A stretch of 64,000 bases of DNA from assembly GCA_965217185.1 (NCBI GenBank), contig OZ244252.1, forward strand, positions 1,088,001 to 1,152,000, read 5' to 3'. The translations under genes and the position numbers were made by a program. Below are positions 20,141 to 29,747 of this stretch, in pieces. The notes under the pieces were generated by a model. The model was not told where the DNA came from and did not search any database. It saw only the letters and a program-made list of their open reading frames with translations. This stretch comes from an uncultured Candidatus Entotheonella sp. (GTDB taxonomy: Bacteria; Tectomicrobia; Entotheonellia; Entotheonellales; Entotheonellaceae). The stretch's first letter is position 1; the number at the start of each line of letters is the position of its first letter.

Positions 20141-21614
20141 TACTACAGTTGCAATTCCACGTTACGATTCTGGCGCCGTCGGTAATGACACCATCGCGCT
20201 ACCCATTGATGCCGACGGCGCCATTTGCTCCATCCCAACACCTGCTCCACGCCGTGCCACACCCTCAGCACTAAACGCCAAAACAAACGCCGTATCTCCG
20301 CCACACTCAACACGACACCAGGCCCCGCGACGCTTTGAAGCCCAACAGACTGCTCACCGACGAGCGTTTTTTTTCCACCACCTGCAAGTGGGCGGCCCGC
20401 ACGGCACTCAGCAACGCCAACGCCCACATCGACAAGGTGACGTGACGATACCACCCCGTCCAACTGCGAACCTCATACTCATCTAGTCCCACTTCACCCT
20501 TGGCCGCCTCAAAACACATCTCAATACACCAACGCCGACCCGCCACCGACACCAGCGTCGCCAAGTCCGTGCCGCACGGCGCATACACCGCATAGGCCGT
20601 CAACTTCCCGTCCGCTTTCAGGCTGCGACGCACCAGCAAACAGCGGCGCCAACCCGCCTGCGCCGCCGTCAACCCCACACACTGCCAGTCATAGAACCTC
20701 GGCCCCTTGCTCCCCGAACCGGCACTCAGTCGCTGCCAAGCCCCCTCGTCAAGCCCCGCAAGCACCGACTGCACCGAACACGGACGACCCTCAAACCAGA
20801 CACGTTCCTTGCCAGACACCGCCAACACATACGCCTTTGCCTGCCCTTCCAACCACAGACGCAAGCGACGCGCGTCGCCGTAAACGCTGTCGCCCACCAC
20901 CCACGAGGCAGGCACCCCCGAAGCAAAGGCGCGCTCAAGCATCGTCCGGGCTAACTCAGGTTTGGTGGCAAACTCTGCCTCTGGAGCAATGCCCGCCCGC
21001 TGGCAGCGCGCAGCATCCTCCGTCCACGACGCGGGCAGGTATAAGGCACGGTCCAGCAAGGTCTGACCCAGGCGACTGGCGTAGCCCACAAACACGCCAA
21101 TCTGACAGTTTTCGACTTTGCCGGCCGTGCCGCTGTACTGCCTGGCCACCCCGGCGGAGCGGTCGCCTTTTTTCAAGAATCCCGTCTCATCGACCACCAG
21201 CACCGCGTCGGGGTCGCCCAGGTGTGCCACGACGTAGGCACACAGGGCGTCTCGCAGGTCGTCGGCCTGCCACGAAGCCCGTCCGAGCAAGTGCTGGATG
21301 CCATAGGGCGTAGCATCGCCGTTGATTTCCGCCAACTGCCAGGCGTTTTTACGTTCTGTGGTGCTGAGCAGTCCTTCGATATAGGCCACGGCGCGTTGCC
21401 ACGATTCCCGACGGCCAAAGGAGGGACGCAGGCACTGGGCCACCTCATGGAGACAGGCTTGCCAGCCCGTGACAGTCGTCATAGCCTGCCCCGTGCTTGA
21501 CATGGGGTCGGCCTCGGTTGCGAGCGAGTTGAACGGCTGGCTTGACATCATGGCTCTCCTTCGCTTTGCGTTCAGGGAAAAGACCATGATAACAGCTAAA
21601 CCGCAACTGTAGTA
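20141..21614 (-). mobile_element. IS701-family insertion sequence
   Basis: Perfect 12-bp TIR TACTACAGTTGC; 4-bp TSD CTAA at 20137 and 21615. Confidence 0.92.
20307..21587 (-). CDS. IS701-family transposase (exact start uncertain)
   Basis: VVDETGFLKKG, QYSGTAGKVENCQ, GDSVYG, RWCIEMCFEAAK. Confidence 0.92.
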   Translation of the reverse strand: MVFSLNAKRRRAMMSSQPFNSLATEADPMSSTGQAMTTVTGWQACLHEVAQCLRPSFGRRESWQRAVAYIEGLLSTTERKNAWQLAEINGDATPYGIQHLLGRASWQADDLRDALCAYVVAHLGDPDAVLVVDETGFLKKGDRSAGVARQYSGTAGKVENCQIGVFVGYASRLGQTLLDRALYLPASWTEDAARCQRAGIAPEAEFATKPELARTMLERAFASGVPASWVVGDSVYGDARRLRLWLEGQAKAYVLAVSGKERVWFEGRPCSVQSVLAGLDEGAWQRLSAGSGSKGPRFYDWQCVGLTAAQAGWRRCLLVRRSLKADGKLTAYAVYAPCGTDLATLVSVAGRRWCIEMCFEAAKGEVGLDEYEVRSWTGWYRHVTLSMWALALLSAVRAAHLQVVEKKRSSVSSLLGFKASRGLVSC

Positions 21615-21877
21615 CTAAAGCTAATGCGCCCCCCAGCGCCTTGAATCAACAGCACAGACTTACAGAGCACAGTAGAGAGAAGCGCCCGGCGCAAAAACCC
21701 ATTGTTACGAGGAGCACCAAGGGTGCCAGCAGGGGCGTCAGTGGACGCTGTCAGTTCTGTGGACATCCGGCAATACCGGGGGACACTGTTTGCTATTCTT
21801 GCGCCAACTGACGCCACGTGCTTTCGTCGCCTTGTGCTGCTCTCCCCCGGCGAGGGAACCGGTTCAGGTCAAGACCC

Positions 21878-23593
21878 TTACTTCCCCTGCGACCGCCTCA
21901 GTTGTTCCATCTCTAGCGCAAACCACATGGCCATGGAACCGCCGCGGTTGTCGCGGCCGAAGACCGCCGGCCGGTCCAGGTACGCCTGCAGGCTGTCTTG
22001 GGCGCCGGTGTCGGTGCAGCAATCGACCAGGCCGCCGGCGTCGTCGATGCGCTCGGTGACGCCCCGCCAGGCGCGGTCCACCGAGTCCTGGTATGACTCG
22101 TCCAGCCAGCCGCGGCGCAGGGCGCGGGCCATGGCGTAACCCGTCATGCAGGTTGCCGTGAACTCGTGATACGAGCCGGGCGTGTCGAGCACCTGCGGGT
22201 ACATGCCAGAGGCGTGTTGGCGGCTGCGCAGAGCCTCCAGGTGACGCACGTGCTGTTCGATCAACGCCCCGCGGTCGGGATGATCGTCGGGTAGGTACGT
22301 CAGCGTTTCGGCGTAGCCCAGAGCGGCGAAACCGTTGCCGCGCCCCCAGAACCAAGGCGTCGAACGGGCGTGCCAGAACAGGCCATCGTCCTGCTGGGTG
22401 CGGGCGGCAAGAAGGAACTGGGTGAGCAAGTCGAGGTAGCGGGTTTCGCCGGTAAGCCGGAAGGCGCGGCCCAGCATGGCGCCGTTCATAAACATGTCCT
22501 CGGTGCGGAAATCGGCGTCGGACGGCGGCGGCGCACCCCCGTCGATGCCGGGCTGGTAGTGGTCGGCCATCTGCACGATCAGATCGGCATAGCGGCGCTC
22601 GCGGGTTGATTCGGCCAGTTGCATGGCCCAGATCAATCCCGCCAATGCGGGGGTGCCGGGCTCGCCCTCGAACCACGGCTGGCTGCCCTCCACGTAGGGC
22701 GCCACGACGTCCGCGATGGCCGCCGACGGGTCGGAATAGGTGGGATCGAGGCGCGCCAGCCGCAGCCGTGCGCTGAGGCTCATGCCTTGCGTATACACGA
22801 CGGGGTCGAGGCTGTGGCCGTAAATGGTGGCCAGCAGGCGGGCAATGCCCAGTGGTGGGCGGGTGCTTCGGATGTACAGTTCCCGGCGCGCCGGTGAGGT
22901 GCGCAGCCCAGGGGTTTGCTGCAGCACCGACCACAGGCGGCCCAGTTCCTCCCGCAACGCGGCAGCGGGTGCGGTGAGCCGCAGGCCGGGCACGGCGCCG
23001 AGGCCGTTTGCCATGTGGCTGCCGAGGGCGGCCAGGAAGCTGCCGGCGGTCTCTTCCATTCGGGTGGCCTCGATGGTGGGCAATAACAGAGTCGCTGACG
23101 CCGAAGATACCCACGACACCGCCTCGCCAACTTGGACTTCGAGGATGAGATCGGGCGCTTGTAAGCCGACCCAGCGCCACAGATATCTTTGCTCCGGGTT
23201 GCGGCGATCGTTGAAGAAACCAACGATCGGCGGGTAATTCTCGGCGGGACGTCCGCCGGCCCCGTTTTCGGGTGCGACGCCCAGCGTCATGCCGTCCGGA
23301 TTGGCGCACGGCACGGCGCTCAGGGCCACGGTGTCAGTCAGTGTCTCGCCGCCGTCGAGGTATATTTTCAGGGCATCCAGAGCCAGTGCGGTGTCGGCTT
23401 TCTCGCCGGACAAGCCGCTGAGCAACAATACGCGGGTGCGGGGCGTTTCCGTCACGTACGCCTCGCCGTGCAGCAGTGCTGGGATGGCCGTTTGGGAGCG
23501 GGTCAGGCCGGCCGCGTCCAGGCTCCACAGGCCATTGGCGGCGGTGATCAGTTGTTGCAGGTCTTTCGTGAAGGGCAAAGACTTCGACTCCAT
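21878..23593 (-). CDS. GH88/GH105-family glycoside hydrolase with N-terminal M14-peptidase-like domain
   Basis: C-terminal EDMFM, DGLFWH, WGRGNGF, EFTATCM; N-terminal VPCANPDG. Confidence 0.75.
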   Translation of the reverse strand: MESKSLPFTKDLQQLITAANGLWSLDAAGLTRSQTAIPALLHGEAYVTETPRTRVLLLSGLSGEKADTALALDALKIYLDGGETLTDTVALSAVPCANPDGMTLGVAPENGAGGRPAENYPPIVGFFNDRRNPEQRYLWRWVGLQAPDLILEVQVGEAVSWVSSASATLLLPTIEATRMEETAGSFLAALGSHMANGLGAVPGLRLTAPAAALREELGRLWSVLQQTPGLRTSPARRELYIRSTRPPLGIARLLATIYGHSLDPVVYTQGMSLSARLRLARLDPTYSDPSAAIADVVAPYVEGSQPWFEGEPGTPALAGLIWAMQLAESTRERRYADLIVQMADHYQPGIDGGAPPPSDADFRTEDMFMNGAMLGRAFRLTGETRYLDLLTQFLLAARTQQDDGLFWHARSTPWFWGRGNGFAALGYAETLTYLPDDHPDRGALIEQHVRHLEALRSRQHASGMYPQVLDTPGSYHEFTATCMTGYAMARALRRGWLDESYQDSVDRAWRGVTERIDDAGGLVDCCTDTGAQDSLQAYLDRPAVFGRDNRGGSMAMWFALEMEQLRRSQGK

Positions 23594-23789
23594 ACGGCTT
23601 CATTCTCCAGACAGGTTGGCGATCAGGTGTGCAATCGCTCCAGCGTTGATGGATTTTTGTTAGCGGCGCGCCACTTGGTAGCACGCAGGTCGGCGCGCTG
23701 TCAATCGCAGGCTTGACACCCCGTCTGAGGGTGTCGAAAGCTAAAATACTGACGATAAACGATTCGGGGTTGTTGATGTGGAGGGGACG

Positions 23790-25316
23790 ATGAGCCAGAC
23801 GGTCGCGGGGTATCCCGCCACCTTGGCACGCTGCCGGGGCTGGCTGCGCTATCTGTACCGCAAGGCCACCACGCCGGACGATTGGAGCAAGGAGGGGCGG
23901 CCGCACCCGCACTGGGACGCTGTCAGCAACGAGCCAACGCTGTCGTGGCACCGTTTCGACCTGATCGAGTCGAGCTATGCCGTGGCTCTAATGGCCGACG
24001 CCACGCCCGCTTGGCGCGAGGTTTACAGCCGTGTGCTGGACGAGTTGATTCAACGGCACACTGGCTATTGGGCGGCCAGGGACTGGCTGGAACAGATCGG
24101 CCCCGACCCGCGGCGGGCGTCGTACCCCGAGGCGTGGTATGCGTATTACATGGCCCCGAAACTACGCGGCCAATACGACGTGCCGGGTTGGACGGCTAAC
24201 GGTGTCGAGCCGTGGGGCCTGCAGATGGACCCCATCGGCGCCGACGGCAACCTGTTCTTCAAAGGTTTCTTGCTGCTGATGCTCGGCCTGCACCGCTATG
24301 TTTCGGGCGACGACAAGTGGGAGCAGCCGTTCGAGATGATCCGCGACGGGGTGCATACGTTCACGTGGTCGCACCGCGCCATTGCCGAACTGCTGGCCGA
24401 TCAATGGGGCGCGCGGCACGAGGGGTGCCATTGCGAGAACACCAAAATCTGGCCCGTTTGACTGAGCGCCGCCGGCCTCGGTCTGGGGCTGTTCGACACG
24501 CTTTTCGGCACCGGCCTGAACGGGGTGTTCGAGCACTGGTGGTCGCACGCCGAAGCGCATTATGTGGGGCTGCGGAACGGCAAGCTGAGCGACACGCTGA
24601 CCTTGTACTACGATCCCATTCTGCGCTATGACCACCGCCGCGGTCCCGAAAGCGCCCTGATGATGGCGGTCTACCTCGCGCCGCAGAAGCCCGAGGTGGC
24701 CGAGCTGATTCTCGCCGCCGGCGCCGAACGCCTCGGCTGGACGACCGACGCCCCGCTGCGCGAGCCGCGCGGCAATCCCCGTTTCACCCTCTGGGGCCTC
24801 ATTCTGGCCCGCGAGTTTGGCGACGACGCCATCTACGACAAGCTCCACGCCCACTGCGAAGCGCATCACGAACCCACTTGGGAGGCAGCCACCGGCGAAT
24901 TCAGCTGGGGTTTCGGACTCAACGAGCCCCACCCGCGCGGCCAATTCAACGCCACCCGGATGATGGCCGAACCCCTGTCCGAGGGCGCTTGGCGGCGGCT
25001 GTTCAACGCACCCAATCTCCGCAAGTTCAGCGAACCGGTGGTGTACGGCGTCGATTTCCCGACCGTCTGTCTCTCCCAAGCCTGCTACGACGCTGCCCGT
25101 GGCCACCTCGTTATCGCAACCGATGCCGGCCTTCCCGACGCTGCGGGTCGCCCGACGTCCTTCCGCGTGGCCAACCTCGACCCCGCCTCGTGCCAAGTGG
25201 AAATCGACGGCCGTCCGTCTGACGACTGGCGCATCGTTGAAGGCGAGGTGGAGATCACCACCACCGTCGCGGAGCACGTCATCCTGGTTACGCATGAGGC
25301 CGGTGGCCTTACGTAG
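23790..25316 (+). CDS. Linalool dehydratase/isomerase-like protein, candidate selenoprotein (TGA at 24459-24461 = codon 224; 508 aa)
   Basis: Two same-frame ORFs separated only by TGA; DPIGADGNLFFKG..LMLGL and CENTKIWPV-U-LS motifs; SECIS-like hairpin after the TGA; GGAGGGG RBS. Confidence 0.75.
24462..24492 (+). promoter_or_regulatory. Putative bacterial SECIS element
   Basis: Stem cggcctc / ggggctg around a GGTCT loop; GGTCTG at +19..+24 from the TGA, the same register as the E. coli fdhF SECIS (from memory). Confidence 0.7.
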
Positions 25317-25457
25317 GGCGGATTAACCGTAAGCGTCATCCGACATTCCCATTCAGATCAAGCCATGCTCTGGCAACTCGTTCGGATTGTCGGTAAGCTG
25401 GCTCAATTGCCGTGCCGCAAGGCGAGTTTCCTGCGCGTAGATTTTGGGAGATTGTTG

Positions 25458-25937
25458 ATGAAAAGAACGTTCGTGATTGCCGTATTCATCGGTGTGTGTT
25501 TCATGCTGAACGGGTTCGCTGTGGCCGAGGAGAAATCGACGGATGCCATCGTTTCGGATCACATGGTGGCGGAGGCGATGTTGACGGCCCATTTCATCGA
25601 CGCGGCGCTCAAGGCCGGAATGGGCACTGACGACATCAATGGCGTGCTGGCCAAGGTGGCGGATCAGACGGTGATCTCGGAGTTCTGGATCAGCGACGAG
25701 ACGGGGCGCATCGTCTTCAGCAATATCCAGGGGGCGGCGTTTGCGTTCCCGACGGACCCTGACGCCGGCGCCCAGGCGACACCGTTTGCAACCCTCCTGA
25801 GCGGTGAAGAGACGGTCGTCGTCCAAGGTGTTCAGCCGCGCGAACTGGATGCCGCTCCCTTCAAATACGTCGGCGTTGCGGGGGTCGACCAGTCTCGCAT
25901 CGTTCAGGTTGGGTTATCTGGCGCCGAAATGGAATAG
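25458..25937 (+). CDS. Secreted Cache/PDC-like sensor-domain protein
   Basis: Signal peptide MKRTFVIAVFIG...AVA; EFWISDETGRIVFSN, FKYVGVAGVD..RIVQVG. Confidence 0.6.
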   Translation: MKRTFVIAVFIGVCFMLNGFAVAEEKSTDAIVSDHMVAEAMLTAHFIDAALKAGMGTDDINGVLAKVADQTVISEFWISDETGRIVFSNIQGAAFAFPTDPDAGAQATPFATLLSGEETVVVQGVQPRELDAAPFKYVGVAGVDQSRIVQVGLSGAEME

Positions 25938-26011
25938 CGCTGACCCTCAGCAGCGCACCGCTGAATGGTTAATGCGTGTCTGACCTGAAGACCTTGCGGT
26001 GGAGGTGAAAC

Positions 26012-26218
26012 ATGAGACAGGTGCTCATTTACCCCGGCGAAGATGGCTATTGGGTCGCCGAATGCCCCGGGTTGCCCGGTTGCATCAGCCAGGGAAGGAC
26101 AAAGCAGGAAGCCATCGTCAACATCAGAGAGGCGATTCAAGGCTACATCGCTTCTCTTGAGGAGGATGGGCTGCCGGTTCCCGAAGAACGCTTTGAGGCG
26201 CTGATCGTGGCCGTATGA
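26012..26218 (+). CDS. hicB: HicB-family antitoxin
   Basis: EDGYWVAECPGLPGCISQGRTKQEAIVNIREAI. Confidence 0.9.
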   Translation: MRQVLIYPGEDGYWVAECPGLPGCISQGRTKQEAIVNIREAIQGYIASLEEDGLPVPEERFEALIVAV

Positions 26219-26436
26219 GCAAGTTGCCGAGTATTTCAGGCAGGGCCTGTGTCAAAGCCCTTGGCAAGATCGGGTTCTACCTGAAGAGGCAGCACGGGAG
26301 TCATCTGATTCTGCGTCGCGACCATCCCTTCGCGCAAGTTGTTGTTCCTGATCACCAAGAACTCGACAAAGGCACATTGCGAGCCATCATCAGGCAGGCG
26401 GAGGTCGGTGTAGACGAGTTTGCAAGGCTGTTGTGA
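26215..26436 (+). CDS. hicA: HicA-family toxin
   Basis: GF..KRQHGSH..L...VVVPDH.EL.KGTLRAII; ATGA overlap with hicB. Confidence 0.9.
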   Translation: MSKLPSISGRACVKALGKIGFYLKRQHGSHLILRRDHPFAQVVVPDHQELDKGTLRAIIRQAEVGVDEFARLL

Positions 26437-26568
26437 AACCGTGTCCACCAGGCGGCCTGGACTCCGGTTCTTTTCGTGCCGGGCGTGTGGTAGGATGCCG
26501 CTCGTTAAGTTCGGGTTAAGATGTGGTCTGGTTTCAGAACGTCAAGGCATTAGCAAGGGGAGGAAGTC

Positions 26569-27924
26569 ATGGCTGGTCAGCGTCCATCGCCATTGCTCAG
26601 CGCGGCTATGCCGCGCCGTCGGTTTCTGCACACGCTCGGCGCCGCGGGCGGGGCGGCGTTGCTGGGTTCCGCCGGCCAGCCGCAGCGGGTGTACGCTCGC
26701 AAGGGCACGATTCGCATTTTCAACAACGAAACGGACCCCGACACCATTGCCTTCCTGAAAGCAATGGCCAAGACCTATCGGGCCGAAACCGGTGTGCGGG
26801 TGAAGATTGAAACCGTGCCGGTGATGCAGACGGCCACCAAGGTGACCACCGCCATCAAGGCCGGCAAGCCGTACGACTTCATCATCTTCTTCACCAACCT
26901 GGCCATCCTGCTGGCCGAGGAAGGCCAGCTCGTCCCCCTTACCGACATCATCCGCGAAGTTGGCGAAGCGGATTTCGGGCCGCGCGCCCTGCGCTTGTTC
27001 AAGGACGACTACTGGCTTTACCCCTACGACTACAACTTCAATTACCTGCTCTATCGCAAAGACCTGTTCGCCGAGAAGGGCCTGTCGGTGCCCAACGACT
27101 GGGACGAGTTCCTGGAGGTGCTGCGCGCCCTCAACGACCCGGACAACAAGCGCTACGCCATCACCCTGCCCTACGGCGGCACGCATACCCTGTGGGGCAA
27201 CTCGGCGTTTCTGTGGGCCGCCGGAGTGGAGTTTTACGACGACGAGTGGAACGTCATACTGGATTCCGACGACATCAAGCCGCGCGCCATCCGAACCCTC
27301 GAGTTCCTCGCCGAGGTGGCGAAATACACGCCGCCGGGACCGATGGAAACGAGTCTGAAGGACATGCTGATCAACTTCTCGTCCGGCCTGTCGGCGATCA
27401 CCTCGTACACCGGTCGGGCTATCCACACCATCGAAGACCGCAATCCGGAACTGGCCGACAAATACGGCATCATGTCCTATCCGGGACCCGACGGCGGGCA
27501 CCGGGCGGTGACGTACGGCGACGATGGCTTTTCCATCGGCAAGACGGAAAATTCCGAATTGACGGTGGACTTCTTCCGCTGGTTCCTCGACACCGAGCGC
27601 CTGATCGATTACCAGCTCACGGTGCCGTTGCATTACCAGCCAACGCAGTTCTCCACCTACGAGAACGAAAAATGGCGCAGTCACCCGCTGATCGAGAAGC
27701 ACCGGGAGGCGGTTGACATGATGCGCGAGTTCATGAACACGGATACCACGCTGGTCGGCTCCATTGACTTTCAGGGCCCCCACCCGTCGCCGAACCATGC
27801 CCGCTTCGCGATTTCCAACGTCCTCGGCAAGATGTACCAGAACGTGCTGATGAAACGCCAGACCCCGAGCGAGGCCGTGGACGCCGCGGCCGAGGAAATC
27901 CGGGGTTTTACCACGAGGAGCTGA
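26569..27924 (+). CDS. Carbohydrate ABC transporter substrate-binding protein, Tat signal
   Basis: PRRRFLHTLG Tat motif; LLYRKDLFAEKGLSVPNDWDE. Confidence 0.88.
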   Translation: MAGQRPSPLLSAAMPRRRFLHTLGAAGGAALLGSAGQPQRVYARKGTIRIFNNETDPDTIAFLKAMAKTYRAETGVRVKIETVPVMQTATKVTTAIKAGKPYDFIIFFTNLAILLAEEGQLVPLTDIIREVGEADFGPRALRLFKDDYWLYPYDYNFNYLLYRKDLFAEKGLSVPNDWDEFLEVLRALNDPDNKRYAITLPYGGTHTLWGNSAFLWAAGVEFYDDEWNVILDSDDIKPRAIRTLEFLAEVAKYTPPGPMETSLKDMLINFSSGLSAITSYTGRAIHTIEDRNPELADKYGIMSYPGPDGGHRAVTYGDDGFSIGKTENSELTVDFFRWFLDTERLIDYQLTVPLHYQPTQFSTYENEKWRSHPLIEKHREAVDMMREFMNTDTTLVGSIDFQGPHPSPNHARFAISNVLGKMYQNVLMKRQTPSEAVDAAAEEIRGFTTRS

Positions 27925-27928
27925 GGCC

Positions 27929-28864
27929 ATGATTACCCTGCGCCGCGCGGCTTCGCTGGCGCTGCCGGCGCCGCGAGAAATCTCCCGCGTCGGTCCCCTG
28001 GAACGGCGCGACCGCAAGCTGTTTCTCGCCTTTCTGGCGCCCGGCATGCTGCTCGGCATCGGAGCGCTGTTCATCCCCGTCCTCTACGCCATCCAATTGA
28101 GTTTTTTCCACGCCGAAAGCTTTATCGACGAGCCGACCTTCGTGGGGCTGGCCAACTACATCCGGGTGCTTTCCGAGCCGCGTTACTGGGAGGCGTTCTG
28201 GCACGGGGTGTTCTACGCGGTGGCCACGGTCGCCCTGCAGGTGGTCATCGGTATCGGCATCGCGCTGCTGCTGCACCAGGAATTTCGTGGCCGCAACCTG
28301 CTGCGCAGCGCCGCGCTGGCGCCGTATATCCTGCCGACCGTGGTGGTGGTGTACATCTGGAAGTGGCTCCTCAACGTCAACTACGGCATTTTCAACGCGT
28401 TTCTGGAGAACGTCGGTGTCGGCCCCATTGCCTGGTTCACCTCGCCCACGGCCGCTTGGTTCTCCATCATTTTCGTCAGCGTGTGGTACTGGACGCCGTT
28501 CGTCACCATCACCTTCCTGGCGGCCTTACAGACCGTCTCCGATGATCTGTACGATGCCGCGGCGGTGGACGGCGCCAATGCCTGGAAGCGCCTCATTCAC
28601 ATCACCCTGCCGGTGCTCAAGCCGGTGCTGATCGTCATCGTCATGCTGCGAACCATTTTCATGTTCAACAAATTCGACATCGTGTGGCTGATGACCAACG
28701 GCGGTCCGCTCACCACTACCGAGCACCTGCCCATCCTGGCTTACGTCAAGACCTTCGACATGTTCGACATCGGCGGCGGCACCGCCATCGCCACGTCGAT
28801 CTTCGTGTTCCTGGCTGCACTGATCTGGATTTACTTCTGGATGTTTCCGCTGGAGGAGCACTAA
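27929..28864 (+). CDS. Carbohydrate ABC transporter permease (MalF-like)
   Basis: FVGLANY, LYDAAAVDGA EAA loop. Confidence 0.92.
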   Translation: MITLRRAASLALPAPREISRVGPLERRDRKLFLAFLAPGMLLGIGALFIPVLYAIQLSFFHAESFIDEPTFVGLANYIRVLSEPRYWEAFWHGVFYAVATVALQVVIGIGIALLLHQEFRGRNLLRSAALAPYILPTVVVVYIWKWLLNVNYGIFNAFLENVGVGPIAWFTSPTAAWFSIIFVSVWYWTPFVTITFLAALQTVSDDLYDAAAVDGANAWKRLIHITLPVLKPVLIVIVMLRTIFMFNKFDIVWLMTNGGPLTTTEHLPILAYVKTFDMFDIGGGTAIATSIFVFLAALIWIYFWMFPLEEH

Positions 28865-29698
28865 ATGCGCAAGACGAACTGGGTCTTGATCCGCCGCGTT
28901 TTCCTGGGGCTGCTCTTCGTCGGGGTAATCCTGTACTCGCTGTTTCCGATATACTGGATGGTCATTTCCGGCCTGCGCGCCGGGCGCTCGCTGTTCGAGC
29001 CGTTGCTGCTGCCGGGGCCGTACTCGTGGCAGGGCTACAAGACCATCCTCAGCCTGACGGACTTCCCGACGTATTACGTCAACAGCATTCTCATCGCCAT
29101 TGGCACCACCGTGCTGACCGTGGCGGTGGTGACGCCGATGGCTTATGCAATGGTGCGCAGCCGCCTGCCGGGCATGATGCTCATGGTACGGGCGATGCTG
29201 TTCGCCTACATGTTTCCCGCCCTGCTGCTGGCCATCCCGATTTACATCTTTCTGGTGAAGATCGGCCTCGACGACACGCGCCTGAGCCTCATCCTGACGC
29301 ACAGCACCTTCACGCTGCCGCTCGGTGTGTGGCTGATGTGGGGATTCTTCAAGAACTTTCCGTTCGAGGTGGAGGAGTCGGCCTTCATCGACGGCTGTTC
29401 CCGTCTGCAGGCCATCTACCGCATCATCATGCCCCTCACCCTGCCTGGCGTGCTGACGGTGGTGCTGTTCGCTTTCGTGTTGTCGTGGTCGGATTTCGTC
29501 TTCTCGCTCATCCTCATCACTTCCGATGAGCTCAAAACCCTGCCCTACGGCCTCGCTTCCATCGACGATGCCTACGACGCGAACTGGGGAGAACTGATGG
29601 CGGGTTCAACCATGATCTGCCTGCCCCTGTTGGCCCTGTTCGCCTTCCTCAGCCGCTATTTCATCCGCGGCCTCAGCATGGGGGCGGTGAAGAGTTAG
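28865..29698 (+). CDS. Carbohydrate ABC transporter permease (MalG-like)
   Basis: EVEESAFIDGCSR, TLPYGL, WGELMAG, GAVKS. Confidence 0.92.
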   Translation: MRKTNWVLIRRVFLGLLFVGVILYSLFPIYWMVISGLRAGRSLFEPLLLPGPYSWQGYKTILSLTDFPTYYVNSILIAIGTTVLTVAVVTPMAYAMVRSRLPGMMLMVRAMLFAYMFPALLLAIPIYIFLVKIGLDDTRLSLILTHSTFTLPLGVWLMWGFFKNFPFEVEESAFIDGCSRLQAIYRIIMPLTLPGVLTVVLFAFVLSWSDFVFSLILITSDELKTLPYGLASIDDAYDANWGELMAGSTMICLPLLALFAFLSRYFIRGLSMGAVKS

Positions 29699-29699
29699 G

Positions 29700-29729
29700 G
29701 AAGAGCCGGTGCGCGACGCACGGCTCTTC
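29700..29729. terminator. Hairpin between convergent genes, possible terminator
   Basis: gaagagccg...cggctcttc stem with inner tgcg/cgca; no clear U tract. Confidence 0.5.
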
Positions 29730-29747
29730 AGGCCGCTCAATTCGCCA

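Larger units (their letters stand above)
19935..21811 (+). pseudogene. Small membrane-anchored Zn-ribbon protein (132 aa restored) disrupted by IS701
   Basis: GGAGA RBS, MIRFLFWTGLISVVG...; after removing the IS plus TSD the frame continues ...RRPKANAPP...GRCQFCGHPAIPGDTVCYSCAN*. Confidence 0.7.

Noticed and set aside
23713..23747. Sigma70 promoter TTGACA...TAAAAT
   Set aside because: The 23-bp spacing is too long for a single promoter
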